A stretch of 64,000 bases of DNA from Lingula anatina (Eukaryota; Animalia; Brachiopoda), in contig CM120641.1 in the NCBI GenBank assembly GCA_051362555.1, positions 47,932,401-47,996,400 on the forward strand. The letters run 5' to 3'. The notes below the pieces were generated by a model that was given only the letters and a program-made list of their open reading frames with translations, searched no databases and was not told the DNA's origin. Positions 26,420 to 40,119 of the stretch are shown one piece after another. Positions within the stretch are counted from its first letter, which is position 1. Each line of letters opens with the position of its first letter. Both the position numbers and the translations under genes were made by a program.

Positions 26420-27010
26420 TTTGGTTCAACGTTGATAGAGCTTATACTTTCTTTTAACGGTATATTCAAGTCCTACATGTAATATTGAAAAGACATGTAA
26501 AATAAAATCTACAAAAACAATGAAAGATACACTTTGTTTTGATAATGCTCACCTTGCTGTAGAAGACAGCTACACCACCTCTTCTTCACTCACAAACACG
26601 TTACAGCAGGTCAAGCCGTGACCTGTATCTGTACATGTATAATGGGTGACGGCCTCCAGGATGTTAGAGACAATTTACCTGTCTAACCACCCGACCCCCA
26701 TTCGCTCAAGCACAACAAAAGAAGAAGAAAATAACTAAGTTAATGCCTCTTATTGTCCTTGGGCGCATTCACAGTGGAGTTGTGCAGACTCAGCTTAGAA
26801 CACACCTTCTTAGCACAACGTGTAATAACGGTTTCAAACTAAAGGTGGTTATTCTCTCAATACGCAATACGACATATGGTTAAATGGATTAATTTGGTTT
26901 TAAAAGTCATAGTCCATTCTTCTTGCAAACTTCAGTTTGGACTAAGTTACAACTTGACTGGAAATTGGGTCCCGTGTACCGGTTTGTAAGGAGTTGTTAA
27001 ACATACCTAA

Positions 27011-27277
27011 GGACTCATTTCCAATGACACGATCGGTCTACGTAGATCGATCCAACTCCGCAGGGACTCTCGCTGAATGCAATCAGCTTAACTGAACGAC
27101 ACGCCTCTTCTTTTTTCCAACATACTCACACAATCACCAGCTTTTCAATATTCTTCTAAACGCCAGTGGGAGGCGTATTAATCTGTTAATATGATTGCAT
27201 TCAGCGAAATTTCCCGCGAAGTTGGATCGATCTTACGTAAAAGATAGGTTTGATACTATAGTCTTGGGAATGGGCCC
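27011..27277. mobile_element. PIF/Harbinger-like MITE (TAA TSD)
   Basis: taa|ggactcatttccaa...agatcgatccaactccgc ... gcgaagttggatcgatct...ttgggaatgggccc|taa. Long imperfect TIRs; same family as 56298 and 60355. Confidence 0.7.
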
Positions 27278-27588
27278 TAAAGAGTGCAAACACTCTGCTG
27301 ACAACGGGAGCAAATACAGTGCACAGTGTAAATATAGTGAACGTGGGTATATAAAAGGTAATTCCTTGGCGTCTAATTCACAAATTTACCCTGGCAATAC
27401 GTCGACTAAAAGGCACGGGTTTTCGACACTTTTTTCGCGCAAATGTATTAGTAATATAAAAGTAAATATTATATCCTGGACTACAATTTCTGTAATTTCT
27501 TTTTATACTTAGTAAAAATGTTAGTGCAGCTATGACTATCTTTGGTAGCTTATTGTGTGTCGAGATCCTCCAAATATTTACGGAACTA

Positions 27589-27844
27589 CAGTGGCGGATT
27601 TGGGGGGGTGTCAAGGGATTCCTGACCCCCCCCCCTTCGATTTCTGAAAAAAATCACACCAATATGATTCCCTCTTGAAATTAGACTTTTGCCTACCTGA
27701 ATGACAGTTGTAAACGGGTGTACCGAATGACACCGTTCGACCTCTAAAATATCAATACCCTTAAGCGAACCCTACGCCAAGGGGGGGGGGGGGGGGCTTC
27801 ACATCCGTGGACAACCCCTTCAAATAATCCTGGATCACCCCCTG
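27589..27844. mobile_element. Short CAG...CTG-terminated non-autonomous element with G/C runs
   Basis: cagtggcggattt ... ggatcaccccctg imperfect TIR. Flanks are aacta/aacca. Confidence 0.45.
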
Positions 27845-29878
27845 AACCATATGTAACTTTAGAAAAAGTGTGGAAGAAACTTAATGGTCGGTATTTATTT
27901 ATTTACTTAAAATTAACCTATAAATAATTGTTGTTTTTGTTATTAGTATGATACCTACTATAATTTTGAAAAATTGTATGTAATGCAATTTCTTTGTCAT
28001 TTTTCATTTGTCAGTTTTTCTTCTTTTCTTTATCATGTGCACATGCTAAACTTTGTGTTCTTTTTACTGTGATTTCTATCATATGCGAATAAAATAATGT
28101 TATTTATACCCTCTGTGTATAATAGGCAAGCCCTGGTAACAAGTTAAAACCAAGTGCAGCGTCAAAATTCGAGGAGGGGAATAGAATTGTTAATTTGTGT
28201 ACTAGTATATGCGTTTTCATCATACACCGTGTGGTGCCTTACCCGAACGGCATAAAAGGCGGTCACCGTGCATTTTCTTAGATATTTATGTTATCGTAGG
28301 ATGTAGGTGTTTTGAACCTAGAATGCAGTAGTGGTGCTCTTTGAAGGCGTGGCCAAAGCATTCCAGTCTGCTCCGTGTTCAGCACCACTGCAGTGCATTA
28401 TGTTATAGTGAAGAATGACGACTCACTTTTTCACAGAATCTACAAGTATTTATACTCTATTTTCCCAAAGAATTTTCCATTCTCATATTACAAAACGCTA
28501 TTCAATATTTCCTAATTAAGTAATTTCAGAGAGACTTGTTTCAATTCAAAATATTTTCCGAATTACTCATGCTTGGACCTTGTCCATCTCGAGTATGCAT
28601 GAGTTTTACACGTGTTAGAAACGTGCAAATCTATAGAAAAATTGACAAATCAGATCCAACTATATATGACTTTGAAATGTTCCATCCATTCTTACTTCGA
28701 GAACACTCTCTACACTTGTTGACACTTAAAAAATTTTAACTTGCACTCAATAACTTCCTACACATTTGATTCTGTTTTAATTGTTTTTGTAATTATCGAA
28801 AGTGTAAGTCTTCTGCTTTACAACAATAATATTCAACCACCATGAAGAGCCCAAATTCTAACTTACGTCAGAGATAAAAAAAAAAAACAACCGATTGAAC
28901 AAAGCTTTTTTATATGAAATTTTAAAGTTTTTAAAGTCTGGTAAAATTAAGCACAATTTTGGTGCTGTTATTTTCACTCATCAAGTTGACCCAGGTTGCT
29001 TTAAAAGGTGAATTGACCTGTCATTTTTATGGGTTGGCAAATGGCATTTTGTTATCTCATATCATCTTATTATATTTCTATTTTTATTCCTGTAGCTTTA
29101 ACAACTTACTATTTACCAGAGGGTCGTTATACATCTTTTTTGTTTAAATAATGAAATCAATGCTGGTTCCTACGTAAATTTCTACTTTTGCGAGAAAAGT
29201 GTATGTAGCAAAGAACTGTAACCATTCACTTGACTGAAGCCAGTGGAGAAAAAGAAAATAAGAAGTATTAACAATTTACTTTTGTTGGTATTTTACAGAT
29301 CGAAAATCGATTAAAAACGTCATTCTTTTAAGAAAGAGACATCGACATTTTGGAGCAGAAGTAACTTTAATAGCTTGATTTGAAGAAGCTATTATTGTAG
29401 CAACATAAAATTGTTGAAAACGGCATCAAAGTCAATGCCTGGCCTAAATCCCGTAGTCGCCTCCTTAGAAATGCGTGTGGAACAGGACAGTTAATTTCTA
29501 TTTGCTTATGCTGTAAACGTTACTTAAACCCGTCTGTGAACCCATTTCGTATAGAATTCCTCCAAAGAAATTATTTTTGTTTGGGTATTCATTGCTGACT
29601 TTAAGCCTTGGACTCGCCCAGTTCAGAGGGGCAAATGAGGAAAGCTCGATTAATTAAACAAACTCATCGTTAGCAAATTTTTATGGAAATGCTTCCAATA
29701 TTTGCCAAAATGCTTTTGTAGTACTTAAGCATAAAAAATCTCCCCGTGATATTCACTAGTTGCTGTGTCTTCATTTCCCCTTACGGGTCTCCTTTGGTTT
29801 TCGTTTCGGAAGCCCCCGTCGGTCCCCTGGTATCCCGAGGTAAAGGTTGACAGCAGTGTGATCCAGGCACTGATCTAC

Positions 29879-30099
29879 TAACACCCCATTCTCATAGATT
29901 AGATCGACCTACATTGGATCGACCTAACTCCCTGGGGGTTCACGCTAAATAGCTGTCAGCCGGGCGGACACGAAAGTTAATTACCCCTTATAGCTTGTAG
30001 TAGGCGGGGACGGACACTTAAGGCGGATTATCTGACAGTAATCTAGTGAGACTCCCCGCGGTGATAGATCGATCTAAAAGTTGTGAGAACAGAGCCTTA
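29879..30099. mobile_element. ~220-bp MITE, near-identical inverted copy of 49595-49815
   Basis: Its reverse complement matches 49595-49815 almost base for base. Contains agatcgatc/agatcgacc inverted motifs and taa/tta ends. Confidence 0.8.
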
Positions 30100-30648
30100 G
30101 TGTTTTCGTAATTTATTGTTTATATAAGACCCGCAAAACGCCATGAGAAAATACTATTTTTTGATTCGATATCTGAAACAAAGCGTTTTCATAAGAAATT
30201 CGTTTTTGGTAGGGGATATATTTTGCAAGTCTGCATGGATATGCATTTTTAAGTTTTTGTTATCTTAGTATGTGCATTCCATTAGTCGTCCCCGTGCATG
30301 AAGACCTTAAACTAAGAAGTCACCCGTTCAATGTCTTTATTTACGCTGTGATGCGTCCATTCATCATAACCTGAATGTCATCCCCGCAAGTGGCTTTTTC
30401 ACTGACCTCCTCACAATGCCTACGTCAGAATACAAATAATGTACAACAAAAAAATGCAAATACCCCGCCGCATCAATACCGCCAATAATGGTCGACGGGA
30501 CGTGGTAAACAGAGCATTACGGGCCGCTAGGGGAAGGAGTTGTTGTCACTGTGTGCAAGTGCTCGCTTACCTACGCCCTTGATTCCGCCATCGCCCTCTC
30601 ACTTCATCCCAATCTCCCGGCTGAGAAGGACGTACACGCCATACAGAC

Positions 30649-31349
30649 ATGGACGGAGGACGCATCGGTAAGATAAGCTAACTTCTTTATTTAGCGTTCT
30701 CGATCCAAATAATTTTAATGCTTTTCTTAATGTTCTCGTTTGAATTATTGTAAGCTGTGTAAAGTGAAACTGTAACTTTAGTATTGCGAAAGATTACGTT
30801 TAGTATCGAGGTAGAGAAAATATTAAATATTAAATGCTGGCGTTCGTAGAGCATAAATACAAAATATTGATGTCAACTGGATAATTCCCACATTACTGTT
30901 ACCAGTCTCCACAAACAGAGTGCGAATCCGTCATCAAACGCTACTACTTCAATACATTTATTTAAACAAAATATAAGCCACAGCATATTTGCTAACAAAA
31001 AAGGGGGTAGAATAATCATAGTAAAACTGATTCCTATTTCGACGTGAAGTGTTCCTGGCTGTCGCCGTTGCAGTCTTCGGCTCCCTGACGTCCGCTCAGG
31101 ATACATGCGCCAAGAAAACCTACACCATTGCTGTCGGACACGACTTCGGAGCCCACGAATACATGTAAGGCAGGGCAGCCGCCATTCTCCTATCTTTATA
31201 ATGATAGTCTGTATAAGTTTCCTTTTATAGAAAATCGAATAAAAGTGTGAAATTAATAGGTGTTCTTCTTTTCAAATAACATAGCTAGGGTATCTGTTTA
31301 ATGAATATACTGCTACGTGTCTATGTACCGGTATACCGGTATGCTGCCG

Positions 31350-31386
<37 letters not shown>

Positions 31387-33725
31387 CTTGAATTTCAGTT
31401 TTCAGCATATTTTATTTCTCAGCATTATCATTCCGGTCTCCTGAGATTTGAATGTTAGTTCTTTGATCACTTTCAAGTGTCGTTTTTTAGTTTTGTTCTC
31501 CAAGAAGTTCACTGGTGTTTCTATCTGTTGCAGTGATAACACGGGATATTTGGCTGGATTCCATCTGGAGTTGATTGACGCAGGTATAAAACTAATTAAA
31601 AAATATCAAAGATTTAAATGGGTAATTAACCGAAGGATTGTAAAGCCTCCTGCTAATTATATTGTTTTATTTATTTATTTCTTCGTGTAAGGGAAAATAC
31701 TTGCATGCATTATAAATGTATCAAACTAGCATAGAAAATTATTGGAAAACAGCGTATTTTATTTATTTTTAAATTTTGTTATACGCAGTGTGTACCGAGG
31801 CCGGCATGGACTGTCGTACAGTATGGGATAAGTACAGCAATTGTTGGGCTGTCACCGCAGGACAACCAGCACACGGCGGCATGGGTACGTGACGAAATAA
31901 CAGCAGTTCACTCAAACCTCTAAAGGGGTAATTTCCCAAATAATGGCCTCTTATTTTACATAACGGCTCTGAGGCATTTGTACCTTTTTAATGTGTGGCA
32001 GCATATTTATTAGTAATACGTATTTGATTCATTTTATTGAATATTGCGATTTGCATGTGAATAGGACAGTCACTGTTTTATATATGTATAATGACATATT
32101 GTGGAATACAGAAATGGGACGTTTAATTATACTCATTGAAAGATACATTTTCATGTAAATGAGCATTACCATTTGGTCAAGAAGACCTCAGTTATCATCG
32201 CTGTACATATATTTTTCTCAGGTTTGTTTGGGAAGTGGTACGACGCCTGTACCGGTTGGTATAAAACAGTAGGGCGTGTGCAGGTGTTCAGTTTTGCCAG
32301 GCCTCACACCAAGGCCCCCCTGTCCGCTTTTTATATCAAAAATGGAGGCACTTCGGTGTCCGTGTCCACTCTTACTGGAAAAACTATTGGTAAGCTGTGC
32401 AGCTTGTTTTAAAACTTTCTTTTTTGGTTGTCAATAATTAATTCTTAAGACACTAATTTTGATTTTTTTGCTGTTTATAGCGGGTTTTTACATAACCTGA
32501 ATGTAGTAATAAATGCTTTGAATTAGAGTAACTAAAATATGAGCCACATGCTGCTTTTGCAGGTAATATTTCAGAAGTTCCGAAGGTAACAAGCTTACAT
32601 TCAATGTGTATTTCATTTTTAAAAATAACTTTATAAAATGCCCGTCCACCATATAAACTTTGTAATTTGTATAATCAGCTGATGTGAAGTTTAAACACCC
32701 TTCCTGCAGGTTTCGTGGAAGGCTGGGCTAGTGATGAAGCCTGCGTTCGGAGACAGCCGAGCAGCAGTACCTCATTTACCGCTAAGAACGTCCCCACTCC
32801 CACGGACATGGTGGCCCAGCTTAAAAGTGGCGCAGTAAGTCACAGCTCCTTAATTATCCCACACATATTTCCATGTCATTATAATTCTCATTATATATTT
32901 TAAAATTAGATCTCACATTTTATTAGTAACTTACATCTAACTAGTACATCTGTTCGTTATATAAGATATATACTTGTTCATTCACAAACTGGCAATCCAA
33001 TTACCAATTAGAGAATGGTATTGCACCAATTGTATTGTTGTACTAGTACAGAAATAAATTAAATTGAATATAAAACTAAGTAGTAATTTACCATCTCTTG
33101 TTAATACAGCTGTGTCTATTTTTAAATATTAAAATAATATTTCATCTGTTTACTTCCTTTAAAACAGATCGACGCTGGGTTTGCGTCCGTCCACGACATG
33201 GCCCCTTACGCCAGTCAGGTGACCAAAGTGACCGGCGGAGAATTCAGTTGCATGCTCAGTGGGAGCAGCATGATGACCCGAAAAGACAACGATTTCATCT
33301 CCAAATGGGAGGCCGGCCTGGACAAACTCATCAGCAGTGGGAAATTTAAGAAAATCTGCGACGCAGCTTCGATTCACAGTAAGTCCTTATTATGGGACCT
33401 TACATATATAATTGATATGTCTATACTCAATTTTTTCATCTTAGGTTTCGATATAGATATGCGCTTTCTATTTATTCTTTTACTAAAGCTTGGATATATC
33501 TGCGCACGATGAACAAAATAATAATAATAATAATGGCTGGATTTTATTTTCTTTTTTGTCATTCGTTATTCGTTTAATCGCACAGTTCGGTTGTTTTTTT
33601 TTTTGTTTTTTTTTTAATTTTCAATTGTTTAAGCATCATTAACATCGATAAAACATATATAATTAATGTACTTCATTATGTCAATTCCAGGCAACCGAGG
33701 TAGCATCGATTGTGTAAATGGATAA
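30649..33725 (+). CDS. SBP-family-3-like paralog 4, predicted secreted form (~272 aa)
   Basis: Exons: 30649-30667, 31050-31164, 31534-31583, 31789-31884, 32222-32389, 32710-32834, 33168-33378, 33691-33725 (SNRGSIDCVNG*). N-terminus is MDGGRIVFLAVAVAVFGSLTSA-QDTCAKKTYTIAVGHDFGAHEYI. Same intron phases; the 31050 acceptor is a weaker AAG. Confidence 0.85.
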
Positions 33726-36700
33726 AAGGAATACGACCCCGTCAGGAAACACAATCCAAAGTGATAAAACGGACAAAATACACGCTTTCTACAGATGTTT
33801 TGGGCAAATTATCCAAGAGACTCAGAATGGAGTCTTCACTACATAAAATATGATGTACTGAAGAAGGAATTCACACTATGTAAATAAGATGTTTTTGCTG
33901 ATACCTATTGAAACTGGAGCGTGTTGTAGAGTACCTTAGCTGCTTCCATAAAGACCCTTTATCATTTAAATAGCTGGAACTCTACAAATGGAAGAGAATA
34001 TTACCTTTGCCTAGTACTTTGTTTTTGCAACTAGATCAGTGATAAACATACGGCTTCATATTCTAGATAGTTGTACATTTTTCATATTTACGTCAGGAAC
34101 TTGCCATACAGAAAGCGGCCATGCTACTTTACTGATCACTGATATATAAAGAAAAACATTTTGATTAATGATATTATTCCTTATTACACTTTACTTCAAT
34201 GTAACCTGGACAGGAGATAATTTTGCATAACAAAGTTCAAGTCGATTATTAAAAGTATATAAATAATTCATTGTGTACTGTTCGTTTTATTTTTTCTCCA
34301 AACATCTCGGAATAAGAAATAAAGAACTCCCTTTGTCGACATATACCCCCCCCCCCACCCTACCCCAAATAAAATAGCCTTATATTTATTGACCCCGAGC
34401 GCTTGGCAAACTCTATGTCCACCAAAACAAAATTGACATGTATTATCCAGACACATATCTGTGAATATCTTGGGAAAGATCAATCTGTGCCCCTGGTACT
34501 CTTGGTCAAGGTGGAGATAAGTGTTAGTTTGGGAAAGAGCGACAGCAGCAGAGCAGGACTTGTAAATAGACATAGATACATAGAAATGGGATGAGTTTAC
34601 ATTTGAGAGAGCTATCTGAAACTATCTGATGGGAAAAGGACCCAGAAGGGTACCCCATTTAAAATGCCTCAGACTGTTATTGTAGACGCGATTTACATTA
34701 CCCGGTGACCGTGACTTCGTAGTCTTAATATAAACCTTGTGTCTCCTGTTGTAAGTTAACCGCAGCCTGGTCGTCCATAGAAAAACAACCTCCTGTATTG
34801 TAGCACAAGAATTTTCTTTAGATATTCACCTCATCCATTGTCTCGTTCTCCATTTTTTAACGTGCTTGCAATGCACCGATAGCGAGGGTGCTGTGTGGAG
34901 ACAGCTATTAGATTTTTACGTGTTAAAATACAAAGGAAGGCATTTGTAAAAGCCGATGTTTTCTTCCTTACCGCGCAGTCTGCTGAACAAAGTATGAATG
35001 CTTTCAGCCATCGATGTTTTTCATGACCCAAGAACTCATTTATCTATAATATCTAGGGGACTAAAATACCATTCTATTGATTAACTAAAAAACAGGTGTA
35101 AATTGTAAAGCCGCTTTATGCAATAGGATGAAAAACCAATACCTTGGCTTCAAGGTTAGTCGACCAGGTATGTTGAAAGCAGCAAAGAGAAGTTGCATGC
35201 ACAAAGTAACAATGCATGTTATACAAGATGTATCAGGTAGATCTGCTGCATTTGGACTCTGCGTGATCACAATGTTTTTTATCCATTCTTATTACTCTGG
35301 TTTTTGGACGAGTTTTATTCGTCCAGGCCTGGCAATAGAGGTCTTTTTCTAAAGAGATAAGATGATTTTAAGTGAAAAAGTCTAGAATGTATCCTTATTG
35401 GCATGCTAAGTGCAGTATTTCTACCCTGTACAATTCAGAGATGTGAACATATTGACTTTTGAGCTTAACAATCCTTTTTGCTGAGGGATATTTCTTTGTG
35501 TTCTATCACACTCCTAAAACCAATCTGCTATGCAGCAAATTCATTTTTGTAAATAAATTATTAATAATCTCGACGAGAGGTTTAGTTGCTACAAAGCTGT
35601 ACATAAGACATGCCATGATTTACAGGCCTGTAGCCAGCTATTTCTTAAAGGGGGGGGTCTTTTTCTGAAAAAAAAAAGGACCTTTTACCAAGAAATCTTT
35701 GTGCGCCTAGATAACATTTAACCCAGATCGAACCTTTTCCCGGCAAAAGGGAGGGTTCTTTTGAACAGCTAAAACACCTCTGATACTGGCAGATGCACAT
35801 GTAGTAGATTACTAGCCTCACTTTGCTATAAAGGTACAATGTACAGGCACTGCCCTCAGAGCGCCACCCGCACAGCAAAGCCACAATCTACATGCACCAT
35901 ATAATTCACTAAATTAGGGACATCAGGGTTTTGCTATGGCTTGTTACATATTACTACATGCATCCGTCCCCGTTTGGAAATAAAACAGGCCAAAATTACG
36001 GTCTGTCTATTTGGGATCTTTTATGTCGCTGAAATATGTAAAATTCCATTTAAATAATTAAAAGAGGTGGGTAATGGTGGAGACGCAGGGTTGTTCTCGA
36101 TGTGACCAAGCAATTTCTATACACCATTGAAACTCTTTAACGTAAGACCTATTGAAATGCACAGTCCCCACGAAAACGAGAAATAGACTCGTCCGCTTTC
36201 GTCGTAGTGGAAGACGCAGTGGTGGGGCAGGTACGTGTATTTTACCTGTAATTAAGTCTTGATTAGTGTCTTTTTACTTGATTTTAAAAACGCAATTATG
36301 TAGTATATTTATTTGTACGTATTACTATTGTTGCATCTGTGAAATAAGAGTAACCCATTCACTTAGCGGCCAGTTCAGTCGATCAGAGCCGTGCTGCTCG
36401 GTCTGTCAATTTACCGAATGTCAAAAATGACCTTAACTGCAGGTGTAGTAATTTAGTCGTGAGTCCCCCTCCCCTCCCCTCCGCCCCCTACCCGCCCCCA
36501 GTGACCGGTGTAGTGACCGTGTCAACGTCGTGGGTCACTGTGACCACATTTTCAACGCGTGACTATAAATAATTCATAACTGATATGGAAATCCTGTGTT
36601 AAATTTCTGATCTCAAACATGTCGGAATCCAGGTCATTTTCTTCATTTACACAATAACTCATACTTTCTGCACCGTTGTCATAGACGCCGATTTCTTCCC

Positions 36701-38592
36701 TTTTAATCAATGTCCACAGTTGTAGCAAAAGATCGTTTATTGCAGAGTATTATTCCAGTTAAAAAGAAAACAGTTCGCTAACTTACACATACATGTACGT
36801 AGCAGACATAAAAACTTGTAGCGAATGCTGTTTTTTCTTTGGACCCCGATATTGTCGTCCATTGTGACGTAAGATATACATTTGACCAGTGTTAGTCTAA
36901 AAATAAATATGGAAGAATATTGGACCTCTTTATACAAGACGCACGAAATAGTTTTAAATTCGTTAATGTCAGAATATTTTTAACTAATGGTTACTTTTTT
37001 TAGTGAACAACTAATTTATCTACAAATTGATGACGAATTATAATGAACCAAAAGGTTGGTCTTAATATTCGATCAACTTCAGAATTCTTATTTTATTATT
37101 CTTTAATTTAATTATATATTTACTCATCTATTCATTTTTCATCCCGACTGGGAAAACGTTAGGTACGTGTCTGCGTCAAACTTAAGATAACTGACATGTC
37201 CGCGCACTGTGGTTAACTGCTAAGAAACACGGCATAAAGACTAGATAGATTTGATTTGGGGCGTTTTATAAGTATGATACACGGATCCGCGAAGAGATAC
37301 AAATTGACGGCGTAGACTGTCATTAAAAAGCCAAGGAAGTCTCTGTGAAATTTCAATTAAGTATACAGTAAAACCCCTTATTTGTATCGGTTCATGGGCT
37401 TGTCAACCTACTCCCTGCCACCTCTGGGTCATTTTAATGTAAATTTTATTGTGAGTTGGGGGTCATCTCCAAGACATCTCAGGTCATTTATGGTCATCTC
37501 GGGCTATAGCGTTGTTATCTTAATAGCAGGGTCTTCGACAACATGAACACATGCTAGTGGCTCCACCTGCAGGTGCAGGGTGATAGTCCCATGGCTATGT
37601 ACCTGACAATTCCCATTTTAGTTGTGTGGATCGAACCCGCTTTTCGTCACAGAAGGATAATCATGAAAAGATCAATGGAATGAATTGAGAATGATAATAA
37701 AAAATTCTTATCTTTGTCATTTTGGCCTAGATGTATTTTGGTTGTCCCCATAATGGCTGCATAATTTACATCTTCCGCACCGGTGAGCTTTCATTTCCTT
37801 AAGAGCTGTTTTTGCAGAGGTATTTTATGTCACAGAAAGGAATATCGATATCAAAACACGAATTACAAAAGAATCAATTTTGCCAGAAGATCCAGGGTGA
37901 ATGTTGTCTGGGACGTTTGACAGTGTTGATTCAATGGCGTTTTTATTTGCCAGGTCATTGCATTCTTTATCTTTTTAATATGTTGTGCGAATAAAGGTGC
38001 TGTTTTTATGAACACGGAAAATAAGACATATGAGTAGTGAGGGTCGACTTTTTTCTTCATAATCACTTTTTTGCGGAATGTGGAGTCGGTAGGAAGAGGT
38101 AGGTTTGGCAGCCTCTCAATGCAAAATAGAATCCAAAATAGTTTGCATGTTTATCCCATTGAAACGCTCGTAAATAAACTTTATTTGGACATTTTGGGCA
38201 TTAACGCTTCACTTTAATTCATTTCTGATTTGCCGACGCACTCACGTGACCCACTGTAGTTAATATGTCTTGCTGCCTTACAGATTAGATAGACACATGT
38301 AGCTCTTAATTTGTACCAAGAACATTTGTATGATCCTGAAAGGTGGGTGGAAAATTACGGGAAAGACCCAAAACGTGCTCACTGTTTGGCAGCCATATTA
38401 GCATCGCAGGATCCGGGGTACAAATAATTTTTTGAAAAGCTGAGATTTTTAATGATCTTGGGATTAGGTGCGGTACTGACTATATCATATATGTTTTTTA
38501 AAACCGCACCACCTATGATATTTGAGTTGTACTGATTGTTTTTCATTAATTAATGTTATATTTTAAGGCACTTGTCGCCTTAATCTGATACC

Positions 38593-40078
38593 ATGGATCC
38601 AGGGTCGAGATCAAACAGCACCACCAACCTGTCTGGAGGACAGCAAGCTTCAGGTACATATATTTCTACACATATCTGTTATTAATCTAAATCTTGCGTC
38701 CCTCCTCTCCCCTCACAGGTCCATGTACACCTGAGAAGGTGTGATATCTGAGGCCATGGAGAAGTTTCAAGTAATGGAGGGTGGCGCTCAACCGCAGGCA
38801 TCAGGTATAAAGAATTACAGAGCTATCGCAAGTTCACTTTAAAGCAAATTATAATCTAGAATCTAATTTTTTTACATGACGTAGGTATATTATTTTCGAC
38901 TTGACGATTTAGTTTTTATTCTATTCAATTGATTTTTAGTTATTATTTGTCTGTTTATTTAATTATATATTTATTTATTCATTTATTTATTCATTTTAAC
39001 GCTTCTTTATTCAAATGCGAAATGATTTTATTTACACTTTAAGAAAACAATACTAAATGCTGTATTTCTGACTTTATTTTCAGGCAACCGGATTTTACTC
39101 ATCTTGGTAGCAGTGAGTGCAATCGTTTCCTTGGTGGCTCTCATCATAGCCGCAGTAGCTGTTTCCAGACCTGTTTCCTCCAACGTCACCGTTCAAAGTG
39201 GCCAACAGTCGACAGGGGGCAGCACAAGCAGTCAGACGTCAACTGGGAGTTCAGGAAGCTCCGGCTCGAGCTCCACCTCGACGGGCACGACATGTACCAC
39301 AAGCGTTGCTAGTAGAATTTACACTGTTGGCATCGGGCACGACTTTGGTGCACACGAATACATGTAAATATGCATTGATTTGTGTTAATATCTATTGGTT
39401 TATGAAAGGAGTTAAAAAGGAATTGGATTGTAAATATAATCCATTCAGAATTTAGGAAATGTAATAATTTGGTCGATGAAGGGAGGGACACAGGTTATGG
39501 TTTGATGCGGAAATAAACATATTTTGGTCTTGTTTTACCAGGGCATGTTTGCAAACAAAAAACAATGTTTTACGCAAGCTTCATGTATGATAACTATAAA
39601 TTACACTTTCAAATACAGAAAAACAAATCAGAGATTGAAAATTTTTGTGCCTCTTTTTTAGTGACACCTCCGGGTACCTGGCGGGGTTCTATCATGACCT
39701 CATCGATGCAGGTAAAAATTCTGAACCGCGAAAAATATAAATATATTATAATACAGAAGCAGTGGTATGACTATTAATATTGGAAAACCAAAAACAGATT
39801 AGTCTTTATTTAATTATTCAGTATAATAAGTTAGCGAATCGAAATTTGGTACGTTTTTATGGGCAGCTTATTCTACTTTATTGCACTGACTTAGAACATT
39901 GCACATGACTCTGTGATGTTGGTGACACTGCACGTGACCCCGTGTGCTGACGTCACTGTTTTTCCATCATTTTCAGTGTGCACCGAGGCCAGCATGGACT
40001 GCCGTATTGTGTGGGACAAGTACAGCAATTGCTGGGACTCCACCCCAGGACAGCCCTCACACGGCGGCCAGGGTACGT

Positions 40079-40119
<41 letters not shown>

